Origin: Perkinsus chesapeaki ATCC PRA-425
Lineage: Eukaryota > Protista > Perkinsozoa
Direction: 5' to 3'
Assembly: GCA_013115145.1 (NCBI GenBank)
Contig: JAAPAO010000015.1
Span: 1 to 64,000, forward strand
DNA length: 64,000 bases
Shown: piece by piece, positions 20,627-33,500 of the stretch
Layout of the letters: every line of letters starts with the position of its first letter
How positions within the stretch are numbered: position 1 is the stretch's first letter
Translations under genes and position numbers: made by a program
Notes under the pieces: model-generated
What the model saw: the letters and a program-made list of their open reading frames with translations, nothing else
Databases searched by the model: none
What the model was told of the DNA's origin: nothing

Positions 20627-23600
20627 ATGGACCAAGGCCAACTGAATCAGTTCTGTGAGCTGCTAAAGGCTCTTATGTCTCCTAATAACGAGATTAGGAA
20701 ACCTGCCGAACAGCAATACCAAACCACTAAGGCACAGAATCCAGATCAGGTCACTCAAGCTCTATTGGCGGTGATAAGCAGCGCTCAAGGGGATATAACC
20801 TTGAGACAGCAGGCTAGTATTCTATTAAGGCAGACCATGAGGGTCCTCAGGGAAAAGGACTTCATATGGCCCAAGCTATCGGAGCAGACTAAGCAGGCGG
20901 TGAAGTCATCACTATTGTCGTTGGTTGCTAGTGAGCCTAATAAGAATATGCGACATAAGATATGTGATTGCATCGGCGAATTGGGTGGATATCTTTGCGC
21001 TGATAATAGCAATAATCAATGGCCAGAGGTAAGCATTCGACCTATAAAAATATCTTTCACTCCCCTTTAGCTTCTACCTACTCTCCTTCAAATGATAGCA
21101 TCTAATGACGCTGCCCCCAAGGAATCTGGACTCCGAGTAAGCCTTGCCATTCTTCAGCTAGGCATCCCTCCCCTCATCAGATCCTCGTTGACCTCATCCC
21201 TGCTGTTGGAAGCATGTTGATGCAGAGCTCTGCTAATGATGTTGTCGCCGTCTTGAAGGGTGCTATGAGCCACAGTGATGTCCAAGTTAAAGTGCAGGCT
21301 GTTAAGGTAGCTTGGATGCCCCTCATCATCTTTGTTAGTTCCGCTTATAGGTTATATGCTCCATAGTGGAGAGTCTTCCCACTCGTCACTGGAAGCCAGT
21401 TCAACCGTTGTGCCCTATGGTCCTTAGTACCGTCCAATCTCTATGTACCGGAACTATGGATGATGAGGTTGGAATGCATGCTTCGAGATAAGATATCATA
21501 TATTTTATATAGGTTAACGATTGCCTCGAGAGCCTTATCGGTGTTGCTGACGAGGAGCCTGCCTATTTCCGACCATACCTCGCGGAGCTTTGCAGTAGGA
21601 AATATGATTCAGTGTGTACCGTACTATGGCTGTAGGAACTGGCTTTGGTATCGCCCAGGCCAAGGATGCAATTGAGGACGGTCCACGTCAGTTGGCGTTT
21701 GAAATGATCGCGTCACTTGCTGAGAAGAAAGCTAAGATGTGCATGAAGGTATTTTTAGGTCGGATTGAGGCTTCCCGTCTAAGCTGCTTAGGTGCCTAAC
21801 TTCATTACCGATGCTGTAAAGACCTGTCTTATCGTCATGCTGGAGATTGACGGTGATGGAGATGACACCGAGGCGTGGTGCAAAAGGTAGTTCAGTCTCA
21901 AAGGAGCACTGTGTTGAGCTAGTGGCAGATTCGCTGACCAAGATGATGATGAGGATGTTACCAACTACGAGGTTGGCGAGGAAAACATTGATAGATTCGC
22001 TCAGGTAGGAAGTGACTGGATATGTCCTTGTTGAGACTCTTATGGGTCAGGCACTCGGTGCCGAGAAGACTCTCCCTGTTGTGTTCCAAGCCGTTGCGGA
22101 GTTCATCAGGATAGGCAGCTGGAAGCATAAGGTTGCTGCTATCATGACTTTAAGTCAAGTTGCCGAAGTTGTTGAAGAGGAAACTCATATGGATGAGATT
22201 GTCAAGCTGTTACTGCGTAGGTGTCCCGTCTATAAACACTCCTTATTCCTATTCCCTCATCAGAGCATATGGCCGATCCTCATCCCCGTGTACGGTATGC
22301 AGCCCTCCACGCTATGGGTCAGACAGCAACAGACTGCACGCCGTATGTGCAGGAAGCCTGGCATGAGGAGGTAGCAATGTGGTGGATGGGGGCTTATCTT
22401 GACATTGTGGAATAGTCCCCCTTTTGCCATTAAAAATGTACTTATATACAAATTGTATAAGAATCTGTATGGATATGCTACACTTCAGTTTCCTTTTATT
22501 AGAGTATGTGTTCCACAATTGCATCACGTGTCGACAGGAGAGCTCAGCTGTGTTTGATAGGTGCTCACTGCCCTCGAGAAGGCGATGGATGATCCTATCC
22601 CACGTGTGGCTTCCCATGCCTGCGCGGCCTTCGTCAACTACGCCGAAGATGTAAGCTAGCACGGCTAATTTGAATTTGTTATTCTCCCGATTAGGTAGAG
22701 CAGGAGGCTCTCATACCCCATATCAAAACCCTTATGGAGAAGCTTTATCGCAAACTGCAAATGGATCAACCTAGACAGGTAGTAGGGATCGTCCACGTAG
22801 CTCCGAGAGCTGCTATTGTTGTTTACTGCAGATTCGGGAACAGGCCATCACGGCCATTGCGGTCATCGCTGGGGTATCTGAGTCACATTTCGTGAGCTAC
22901 TACTCGCATATCATGCCACTATTGAAGGTAAGATACTTTCTAGGGTAACGCACTATAAAGATTACTTGTCCTCAGCAAACTGTACAGCAAGCATCATCTA
23001 AGGAGGAGAGGACCCTTCGTGGCAAGGCATTCGAGTGCCTGTCTTTACTTGGCCTGGCAGTCGGCAAGGAGGTGTTTGCCAATGATGCGGTGGAGGCGAT
23101 GCAGGCTATTGTGTCGATGTTGAGGGAGCCCGAGAAGCACTTTGAGAGTGATGATCCTCTTAAGGGGTTTGTGTTGGAGAGCCTTCAAAGGATATCTAGG
23201 GTAATAATACTACTAATAATAGTTATCATGTCTTGTTGTTGCAATTCCGTATTATTTACTTGTCCAGCAGCAGCTTGGACAAATCTAGAAATTGCTCATG
23301 GTTCGACGACGTCCTAGGACAACCCGTTCGTGCGTCCATCTACGGTGTTCGCTATTTTTGCTGTTAATTCCACTGTATGTTTAATATAAGCTTCTTCTTG
23401 TAATGCTTGTTGCCAGCTTTGCATGTCGGTGTCCACGTTATAGCGTTCCTTCTTCAGACCCTCGGCCCAGACTTTGGTCAGTTCTTGCCCACTTTATTGC
23501 CGCTTATTCTCAATCAGTTCACCCTCACTGCAGCCGAGGTACTACCGTGCAACTCCCTATTCCTTCCACTCCTCTTTGATTAGGTTGATGATGCTAGTGA

Positions 23601-25572
23601 GGAGCAGGACATGACAATGATAATGCTGGCGGAGGTAATGCCTCGTCGGTGTGCTCCAATTCACTATTGGTCATTACTCTAGGGCAAATGTGTTGGCCTT
23701 AAAACCAGCGCTATAGAGGATCTCGCATCAGCCTTGCAGACCATCAGCTGCTTTGTAGAGAACTGTGGCCCGGCTGTATTCAACCCGTAAGCGTATCTTA
23801 TCAATATTTAACCTCAAGAATCTTTGTAGATACGTGAAAGATACTGCATTAAAGCTTCGACCACTCCTAGACTTCCAATTTGATGACGAGGTTAAGTCCC
23901 TTGCTGTGAATGTCTGGTCTGAGCTAATATCCTGCGCCAGACGAGCTAACGATGGTGCCACTGTTAAGGTAGTAATAGCCGTATTATTAACACCCACTTG
24001 TTGTTATCTATGCGCTGTAATATTGCTAGTGGTAATCTTAATATGGCATTTGGTTGATATGTTGTCGACTAATTCGCTAATAATGGTTATTTTAGTACAC
24101 TTTGCTGCTTCTACTACTCGAAAAATTGTTGATATTCTTATTGTCTATATTTCTATACATATTACTAATTTACTACCGGGATATTTTCACGGGAGTAAGC
24201 GTATTGATAGCATCATTTATTATCTCTTAGTAGTGCTTGTAAGAGAGGAGTACATTGTCGTCTTTCTCAGGATCTCCTTAATACCTTCATCGAGTCCATG
24301 CTAAAGGCCATGTCTGAAGAGGACGAGCTTGAGGTATATCAATCAACCTTTATGGAATCTTAGAAGATATCTTCTCAGTTGCTCGAAGCCGAGGCTCGTG
24401 GTATTGCGAACTGCGTGAAAAATGCCGGTCCCGGGGTTCTCACTGAGCAAGCTGTAAGAGCTCAGTTATTGCTAGCTCAATGGATTTCTATCCTATCAGG
24501 TCTCGAAAATCGTCGAAGTGTGCTTCACTCTGTTGAAGGAGTCTTTCAACCGTAGAGCTGACGCCACTGCAGAGGAGGAGAGTGGTGAGTGTGATGAGGA
24601 TGAGGTAGCCAACTGTTGATTGGTAAGTGCCGTCACTATTGGCCTGTAGGTTGATGAGATACGCAATATTAAGGAGATGGACGAATGTGTCCGAATTGCC
24701 ATTACTGAGATCGGCGGTGCTCTTATGAGGGAGCACAAGCAGTTGTTTGTGTCAACTGGTGGCCTGCAAAAGTCCATTGAATTGGTCCAAAAGCTCATCG
24801 ACACCCGCTGTATGACCCAAGACAGGTAGTACTTAGTATTAGTATACCCCCATCGCTTCAGTATTCCTGTCAGGTGCCTTGCCCTCTACATTGCCTGTGA
24901 CTTCATAGAGTGCCTCGGAGCTGATTCGGTTCAGGCTTGGGGTATCTTCATGGAGCCCATGATCGCCGCCATTACCGATAACAATCCGTCACTTAGACAG
25001 GCAGCGGCCTATGGTGCCAATGTGGCCTGTAACATCCCCCAGTTTGGCGATATAGCAAACACCGCTGCGGCACAGCTGTATCGGGCAATGCAGAGACCTG
25101 ACGCCCGGGCGAAGGATAATATTGCGGCGCATGAGAACGCAGTTGCTGCCCTCGGCAACATATGCGAGAAATTCGAGCAGAGGCTCGGCAATGACGCTGG
25201 AAACTACTGGGCAGCATGGATTAAGAACTTACCGATCAAGCAAGATGAGGATGAAGGAAAGAAGACACATGCTCAGTTGGTCCGTCTTGTGAAGGAGCAA
25301 CGACCAGGAGTAGGGATCGATCCCGGGCTAGGGTATTTTTATGTTTTTTTTCTTCGTAGGTTCTTGGCCCTAACAATAGCAATCTTGGATCGATTGTCCA
25401 CGTGCTTGCCTTGGTGTATAAGAAGGACTACAGCAATGCTGTGATCGAGAGAGCCATTTGTGAAATAATTGCTGGCCTTGGTGAGGCTACCATCAATAGT
25501 CTACAAGGGGCATTGAATGACAAGTCTAAAAAAGGTGTTATGAGAATTATTAATGATGCAAAGAGCATGTAG
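20627..25572 (+). CDS. IPO5: Importin-5 / karyopherin beta-3 (multi-exon HEAT-repeat protein)
   Basis: N-terminal [72 protein letters not shown], and C-terminal [33 protein letters not shown]. Confidence 0.9.
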
Positions 25573-26013
25573 ACGCTACTGAGGAGGAGGCTGCTGCTGC
25601 TGTTGCAAGGATCCTCGGTGTCCCTCACCAACACTTAGTTTTATGGCTGCTTCTATGTCCTCTACAGTTACTACTGTCTCTTCTTCCCCGTTTCCTTCTA
25701 TCCTTTCCTAGTAGTAGCTTTACACCTGAGAAGGAGTATTATAGGCATCATTACACTACTACTACCACTACCACTATCTAACGTACGTTCCATCATTACC
25801 AATATGACTTGTGTTAGTAAGCACTATGAGACGACAAAGACGCTATTATCGATTCGGGCGTAAACAGGTGAACATAGTTGTCTCGCCCTTGACTGGAAGA
25901 GGCGAATGTGGATGGGCGATTTCTGTGTCCTGCTCCTCCGCGTTGGGATAGACCTAAGCTTGGAGAAGGTGTCTTCTTAATTCATATGTTCATGTCGTTG
26001 AAGCTTTATTAGA

Positions 26014-27007
26014 ATGACAATAGTAAGAACAAACGATATAGATAAAGGAGAAGATATGAGGATAGAAGATATCATGATAATATGTGAAAAGCAAGAACTC
26101 TTTAAAGCCCCACATTTGAATACAAAACTGCTACTGCACGGTCAAGGCTTCAGGAGAATGTGTGATCTAAGTCAATACTACAACGTGAAGTTCCTAAGTC
26201 TAGACTTGAATATGATAGAGGAGATACAGGGCCTGGAGTATCTGATAAATCTCACATCACTTCACCTCCAAGGCAATCGTATTACTAAGGTATCTGGACT
26301 AGATCGAAATGTGAATCTGAGGGTACTTAATTTAAGCGATAATCATATAGCAGAGATCGGAGAGGGCTTGAAACATCTAACCAAGCTGACTAACCTCAAT
26401 TTGGCCAAGAACCACCTTGTGGACTTCCGTAAGGTGGTGGATGATCTCAATACGTGCCCCTTGACAAGCCTCGATATCAGCAACAACAAACTAGATGACC
26501 TCGAAACTCCTCTTGATGACTTCTGCGACAAACTGGCCGGCTTACGCTGTCTCTACTTGCATCGAAACCCAGGCACACGAGGAGTAAAGGGCTTAAGAAA
26601 GAAGCTGATCTCGAAGCTACCCGATTTGAACTACTTGGACGACAGGTAGTCGAAGGTGCCGTAGAAAGCACATGCCCAGTTAGACCTGTATCGATATACG
26701 AGCGCCGAGGGGATGAGATTAACCGTAGAGACTTGATAAAAGCCAACGAGATGAGGGACGATGCATGGGAGGAACGACAAAAGAAAATTACTGAGTACCT
26801 GGACCGAGCTGCTGCTGCTGCAGCTGCCGGCGAACCTTCCTTAGACGTCGCAACATGGCACTGGAGCGGATCGCTAGGGAAAGCCTCGCCAGAGGGTTGA
26901 ACCAGACGATACGGAGTATGCCGACTACGAGAGATGAGACGGGTGGAAGCGATGACCGCGGTGATACGCTCATGAGGACACGAGAAACGGCGGACGAACG
27001 TGCGTAG
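26014..27007 (+). CDS. Leucine-rich-repeat protein, DNAAF1/LRRC50-like
   Basis: LLLHGQGFRRM, SDS22-type LRRs, LYLHRNP...LRKKLISKLPDLNYLDDRPV LRR-cap, then a charged helical tail. The 3' exons are inferred. Confidence 0.7.
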
Positions 27008-28027
27008 GTGTGGGTGTTGAAGACCCGAGGAGACAACGAACCATACACACACCATCAACAGGCCAAGCAGTTACAGAGGTAAAACAGACTCTTACCAAGC
27101 TGATTTAATGACATAGTTGAGAATCACTGAGTATCTAAATTTGTCGATCTTATAGATATTTGACACCTTAATAGGTACCATGGAATGATGAACAATTATG
27201 GCAGTCAGTCGAGGTTAACAGGGAAGCTATTATTGCCGATGCTAATCTCATGAACAACTCGAGTCATCCTACGTCTGTGAGCAACCACTATCAATCGTTT
27301 GTTTGAAACTCCTTGTCACAAGTAACGTGTGTGATTAGGGTGGCATGCATGACCCTCCGACATCACCAACATCTAGAACTACTACAGTTCCTAATGCTAG
27401 CGATCTCGGTGACATGGACTGATAGTAGAATCTGCTCCTGTGCATGACAAAACTTGAACACGTTGCCACTTTTGTTTTCATAATATATATTCAATTAATG
27501 TTGTTGCTACAGGCAGGCATGCATGCAAAGCGATATATTCGAGCTCTGAGCTTGCCTTGCAGAGAGAGTAATTCAACAGCTTTATCCGATTTAGTGTTAC
27601 TCAAACCTTTCTACTGGCCGAATATTAACAAACATTGAAACACAACTGAATATATCTCTATAGAGAACGAGATGCTTATCGAACAGTTACTGGCTTAGGC
27701 GGCTATCCTGTTCGTGCTGCTCATCTAGGATGAGCCAACAGAGAAGCGTGAAGAGGATCTAGCATCGCCAAACATAAGGCACCTCTACTGAAACGCGCCA
27801 ATTGAAGGGTGATAGCAGATCATCTTGGTTAGCATCTCGTCACTTGTTAAGTACAAAAATAAACCTTTTGTGGAGTGTGATACGGGCAAGGTTCGACATA
27901 CCACTCACAGAAGCGCGTGAGGTATGGCGACTCTACTCCTACTGAGTTGCTGCGAATAATAATAGTACGCAAGAACAAATAATGCTTTTACAGAATTGTT
28001 CGCTTGTGGGGGCAAGGACTGCCCAAA

Positions 28028-29139
28028 CTATTGAACCCTGAGGCTACCAGCAGTGTCGAGTCGGCTCATCGAACGTGTAATAACGCGTACCATAGATAAA
28101 GGGTTAGTGGGTGGTAGATCCCCATCAACAGCATTGACACCCATACCAAGTAGATCATACTTATCAACGATCGTGGCTTTCCTTTCGATTTGATAGGGAG
28201 AGTGGAAAAAAGTTCCATTGAATGTGCCATTTCCTCGAGGGTCGGCACCACCTTGGATAAGTTCGTAGTATCTTCTTACTACAAAAGGGGATGCGTCAGG
28301 GGCTGAGTAGCCATAACATTGAAGCTGAGGATAATAATCCATCATTACCTCAGATAACGAAGTTCTTACTATGAAACTTAGTTTGGACCCATCCCCTGAA
28401 GCTTCAATGAAGCGGTCGGCAATATCTCTAGCCCACTCGTAGCTAGTCCGAACTTCATCTACGCTGAAAATTAAGGCATAAGCATAGTCCGCATTGAGCC
28501 AAGGCTGAGACTTTTTGAGATTAAGCCAAAATGTTGGACCTGGGTTGAAGCCATCGAACCTGAAGCGAGGACTAAATACAGTCAGCCAGGTTATTCGCTG
28601 TTCTCCTACCAGAATCCAGTCAGAGCACGCCGTCCATTACGACCTTTGAGTGAACGAATTGAAGCCATCATCTTGTTCAACAACCGCCAATACTTATATG
28701 CCTTCCCATCTGTTCTTTCCATGTAAGTGCCGAAGAGCACCCCAGCGGCCCCGGTCGCATCAATAAGAGCTTGAGCATCCCGCCGAAACTTAGGTAAGTT
28801 GGAATCATAATAATGGCTGAAACATAACAGCACCCTGGCCCGATCTCCTACAAGTTTACTTATGCTTTGGATATATGTAGCATTCGGATAAAGATGGAGG
28901 TCACCCGATCCATAGAGATCCATGTCACCGGTGAAGATGAACTGTGTTATGCCAGCGTCCATGTAGGCCTTGTAGTCTGACGGCTGGCTTAGGACAGAGT
29001 ACGGGTGCTTATACGGATTGACGTCTCGAGGATAAACGAACACAGTAGCTTGTTGAGAAGCTCCGACACCCGACAGGCAAAGAGCGAGCAGGTTGTAGAT
29101 GAGGAAAGCAACCCAAGTTTCACAGCGGAGGGGCGGCAT
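28028..29139 (-). CDS. Secreted GH18-like (chitinase-like) protein lacking catalytic acids
   Basis: Signal peptide and about 3 exons; the C-terminal ADPRGNG...FFHSP..IERKA.IVDKYDLLGMGVNAVDGD resembles the end of the GH18 barrel; the DxxDxDxE region reads GAAGVLFGTYME. Confidence 0.6.
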
Positions 29140-30517
29140 AAACGAGAACAGGAAAGCCTTGCGAAACACGATTAGGCCGAATCAACACTCGTTCGCCCAG
29201 CGGAATCACGACATGTGTCTAGTGAAACCCGAACAGTCAGGGTGTCTGTGTGTGAAGGGAAGAACCTCCACAAAGTGTTAGTTCAACGTCATGCATTATA
29301 TCATCGGACACGAGTCAGTCGCGCCTTCTTGAATGATTGGATTCTAAGACTCCAAGGGAAGCGCTATTTTAGCGAAAGGTTATCCCGCTGGAATTTCTAG
29401 GACTGTGACGCGTACCTCAGATCCCCTCTAGTGCATTGTCAGTGAGTCGTTGCTGCGAACTAAGAGCACGAAGAGCACCTTTGCTTTTTCGTCAATCTGC
29501 TGATATTTACATTTCGAGTGCCGATAGTTGTAATATGCAAGAAAGAACCTCCGGCTACTAGATTTGCAATCGAATTTTCAAAGCTATTTGCCTCAAGTGA
29601 GAAGGGAAGCTCCGTCTTCGACTCGAAGGCTTCAAGATGTCTGGCCGAGGGTCCTGACACGGAGATATGTGCCTGAGGAAATCTGTGTGAGGGCCATGCC
29701 ATGCTATTGTTGGCTAGTCTGCGAAGCAAGGGGACCCTGACGGGAATATTGCCTACAACCACCTTGTGTGGCTACCAATTATTATCACAGAACGTCACTA
29801 ACGCAAATCAGGACGGGAAAGCATTCATTGGCAACATTATGTCAACATCTTTTATCGGTCTCAAATCCGAACTCTTAGAGAGGAAGGCTCGTTTACACCT
29901 CAGAGTTATCCGATTTTTTTCATTAAGTGTCACGCGTAGAGACGCGGGAGAGAGCTCGCTGCTCGTAGCAGACCGTAACCAATTTCATAAGCAGGCTCTG
30001 TGCCGTTAGCAACACACCTAAATTAGGTGACTCTATATAGAAATCTTTGTACATGAAGCCCCCGGAAACATAGGGAAAAGCCTGACGTTATAGAGGGTAA
30101 TGTAGTATGAAGTGTTATGTACGTTTTAGCCCTGACACAAGGCACGGCCTCGTACCAAATACGATCGGACGATTTTTAGGTTGAATGTACATAATTAACT
30201 CTATGGAGTATATTGCAAGGCTGTGAATTATTTCATAAGTTACTATATTACCTGAGATCCGGAACACCACTCGATGAGTTTTCCCTTCCCGACTCATTCA
30301 AAACGCCTACTGTGCATACGAAGGTGTTTATGAGCCGGCCTCTTCAACGAATTCTCCGCAGCTTCAACGCGTGTGGTGGTAGCATATTACATGGATCCAT
30401 ATCATTTAACGGTTGTGATAAAAGTGTTGTATTATCAGCTCTTGGAGCAGCCAAGGGCGGTGATGTTGTTACCTGTAATCCTTAAGAAAAAGCTATTAGC
30501 CGAGTCCCCTCGTTTTA

Positions 30518-33500
30518 ATGCAACAACTTATTCTAATTTATCTTTTGTTGGGCCAGTGCCAGACACAGTTCTCCCCAGCTGTTCTGCCTGACTACTGTGC
30601 AGATTCAGAGGAAGTCTGCAGTATGGCTCACATTGGTAAGCGGTTTGCGTGGTACCATTATCTGACTCTCCTATACAGATGCACCCAGCTCAAGTAACAT
30701 CTCGGAGATTCCTCGCTCGCGTGATGACGACTATCCTCCGTGTGTTGCGGCGATGTTTACCCAAGCGGATATATATAGTGTGTGAGTCATCCTAACTCGC
30801 TTGCCTTCCCCCACGAGTGCACCTTTAGACTTTGCCCTAGAACGGTCCTGAGCGAAACTAAGGAATATACGGACTGCCTCGAAACCCAGCCGTGCTATTC
30901 ATGCCTCAAGTAGTAGCTCAGACGGTCAAGGACTAATATGCACAGGATACCGCTCAGATACATCGCATGCCCTCGCGACACATGTGGCTTCAACTGGGAT
31001 AGGCTAAGTATTGCCAGCTGCCTAAGCCAGACTTCCGGCACATCCCTTCCTTGTTGTTACGGTGGCAGAGCTGCTGTGCGCGTGGGTGGTCTGCAAAGGT
31101 CAGTGTGGTCGTGTAGGGGGAAGGATTGTCGGTATAAGAAGTATGTGAATAATAAAGACAATCCATAAATAGCAATTGTATATCTCATTCACTGGCTGCC
31201 TAGGGCGAGTATACTTCAGGCTAGTTGACACCAACCTTGGAGGCACAGGAAAAGACTTGTTGGCCGGCAGTGTGCTTATCTGCCACGACTGCCGAGATTT
31301 TGAGGTACTCTAGATTAGGCTGCTTTCTATTCATCATACCATCAACTCAGTTGCCAGAAGAGCCGACTGGCGCGGTCTGTGGCGACGATTGTGCGGTTCC
31401 CACCTCAGAACACTTCATGGCATCACTGCAACTAGCCGGAAGCCTATGGTAGATAACCGCGGCTCATCTACTGATAGAATTGTTGCAGGTTTTCAGCGGT
31501 CGCTGGAAGCATATTCCTCTTTATTGCCCGTAAGAAGATATTCACGCAAGAAACAGGTGCCATCAGTAGCAGGATCGTTGCACTTAATAATACAGTCTTG
31601 GCGAGCATTAAGTAGTTCTCTACAAGCCTGTGAGCAACGGCAGCATCCATCTGCATGATCATGTCTCAGATATAACGGTGCATTGATTTTTTTCTGTTCT
31701 GCTTATTGTATCCTTTATATTATGAGGGTTCAGAAGGAAGCAGTCTATGAATACGAATACAACCTCGAGTTAATTATATGTATAGCCCTACTCTTCTTTT
31801 CCTTACTCCAACTGGTCAGTAACCATCCCTCTCACTCCAGAATGTGACTACTCGCTAAGCAGGTAGCAGCTACTATAACAGGGCTTGAAGCTGCCATAAC
31901 TGTGTGGTTTTCTGCACTCATTGTCGATGCTCTTATTATATCATCAACAATAGGTTTATCTAGTATCGAGGTAGCGCTCAATTCTATCCACTGCCAACTG
32001 TGTCGGACAGGCATCAGTCCTTGATGAGGATAGGTCTGCTCCTGGCCAGGTAGAGTTCGAGAATAAGAAAACATGGTTTTCTCTCTGCTTCTTGGCATCT
32101 ATTCGGTGAGCTTCTTCATCTGGAAAGTCTGGCCTCTAAACATTTGCGCTCCTCAGCATTGCTCTGTTATGGAGAAAGAGGCAAGAGATGGTGGCAGCCT
32201 CTGAGGGTCTGGAGAATCTTAGGTCACATGTGAGTTCATTTCATGCATTCACCAATATCGTCTTTATAGGTCTTCAGTATCGTAATCTCCTGTTTTGCAG
32301 TCTTATTTTGTTTCACTTGTCTGATCCACGTTGTGGAGCTGATGGGTGATCGCAGATTTCTACTATCGGCCAAAGAGGAGGCTTTCAGAAGAGGGCTCGA
32401 TCCAGACATGCTTACTGAAGAAGAACTTTCGGTTAGGCTTTACTGCCCTATCTTCAACTCCTCTCTAACTGCTTACTCTCCCTTCTTTCAGACACTGGGG
32501 ACAGGTTCTGTGTTTTGGGGAAGCAGTTTGCTTGAGAAGTGAGTTCCTTACTCTACATACGATGCTAGTGGTATTCAATCAGTTATCCAGCCTATGATAA
32601 ATGGGGTGTGGTCACTGCTGTCTATTTTGTGTGTGTCACAGTATCTACTGTTGGCTACGGTGATATATCCCCTGATACCGTCCTTGGTCGCCTTTTTACT
32701 ATGCTTTGTGTGCTAAGTGGTATCATAGGCTTCTCGATCGCCACTCACCATCTTGCACAGGTAATGGCTACTGCATTGAGGATACTTGTTCACCGTTGCG
32801 TTCAGGTTTATATGCTCAACAAGAGAGGAGGTGGAAGCTACAAAGGCATTGGAAGCGGACACATAGTCATCACTGGTTAGTGTCCTATGAGTATCAGTCA
32901 AGCTGAATAATGGCACCAGGAAATCCTTCTGCTGCAAATTTGAAAGCAGTTCTGCTGGAGATCTTTCATCCTGACCATTGTGTTGGGGAAGAACCAACGA
33001 CGACTCAGCCAAATAAGTGAAAGATATATGATGGTTGCGTCCGAGCTCTGTTTATTAGAGGGCCATCTCCGGCAACAGCACAGAAAGGGGGAAAAGCTGC
33101 CGTGGAGCAAGAAACCGGTGAAGATAGTAACGCAATTGGCTCTGCCATTGGAAAATGGTTGCCGAAGGCCGCCGCTGATTGGGCTGACCGAACGCCTGAT
33201 GTTGTAGGGTCCTACTACTCCGTACAACTGAGCTTAAAGGTCAGATTATCCTACTTCCTCATAATAGCAAAGCCGAGCCTGCCATACGATCATGGCTCAA
33301 GGAAAAGAGACAGCAGAACATATCCAGCAAGGCATAGCATCAACCGATACATCTCACTCTTCAACGCCGGCATTAGGTTTGGGTGCTGAAAGGATCGGTT
33401 TATTCAGCTGTCGATATGGATCAACGATGCTTCGCTCACCGTGCCAAAGCGTTTTTGATTCTACCTCCGGAACTGATGGAGATGGACGCTGCCGAGGCCA

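Noticed and set aside
21410-21511. C-box-like ATGATGA in importin introns and intergenic DNA (also 14367, 27185)
   Set aside because: No properly placed D box with terminal stem or recognisable rRNA guide.
29215-29420. C2-domain-like start (TVRVSVCEGKNL)
   Set aside because: The frame begins at GTG with no in-frame ATG, and I could not build a coherent downstream exon chain.
30022-30040. Resemblance to the SP6 promoter (ATTAGGTGACTCTATA) next to a 15-nt palindrome
   Set aside because: Imperfect match with no flanking vector sequence; likely chance.
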